Of a DNA stretch of 64,000 nt, positions 63,891-64,000 are shown piece by piece. Numbering within the stretch: the first letter of the stretch is position 1; every line of letters starts with the position of its first letter. The translations under genes and the position numbers were made by a program. Origin of the DNA: Octopus bimaculoides (Eukaryota); NCBI RefSeq assembly GCF_001194135.2, contig NC_068987.1:35636651-35700650 (forward strand), written 5' to 3'. The notes beneath the pieces were generated by a model. It ran no database searches. It was not told the DNA's origin and was given only the letters and a program-made list of their open reading frames with translations.

Positions 63891-64000
63891 CTGCTCTTCT
63901 TGCATTTTTGTTTTAATTTTTTCTACAGTTAACTGTGAACATGGAAAGAAAAAATAATAATAACACTATGTTGGAGTGGGAGATCAACCCGCCCAAAGAA

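Overview
AT-rich animal DNA dense in microsatellites and decayed transposons, with 7 N-gaps. The SINE types and repeat content resemble an octopod cephalopod short-read assembly (inference from recalled repeat families, not a database search). No host gene, rRNA, bona fide tRNA or CRISPR array could be supported. The window holds relics of ~5 clear and several fainter Penelope-like elements (PLE; RT + GIY-YIG), two tandem internally deleted R4/Dong-like RLE LINEs plus a third Dong 3' stub, a Tx1/L1-like ORF2 relic, three ORF1-only (HAL1-like) relics, an RTE fragment, three mariner relics, one Tc1 relic, several MITE-like palindromes, tRNA-derived SINEs and two large tandem duplications. The most interesting signal concerns ribozymes. 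(i) A composite minus-strand element at ~55.75-56.31 kb joins a tRNA-like Pol III head to a Penelope-type minimal hammerhead, and an inverted copy of the downstream segment starts at the predicted cleavage site. (ii) An intact hammerhead core lies 3' of a PLE at 58.65 kb. (iii) A partly HDV-like fold sits at the 5' end of both R4/Dong copies. All TE ORFs appear disrupted. Boundaries are approximate (+/- tens of bp) unless a TSD or TIR is quoted.
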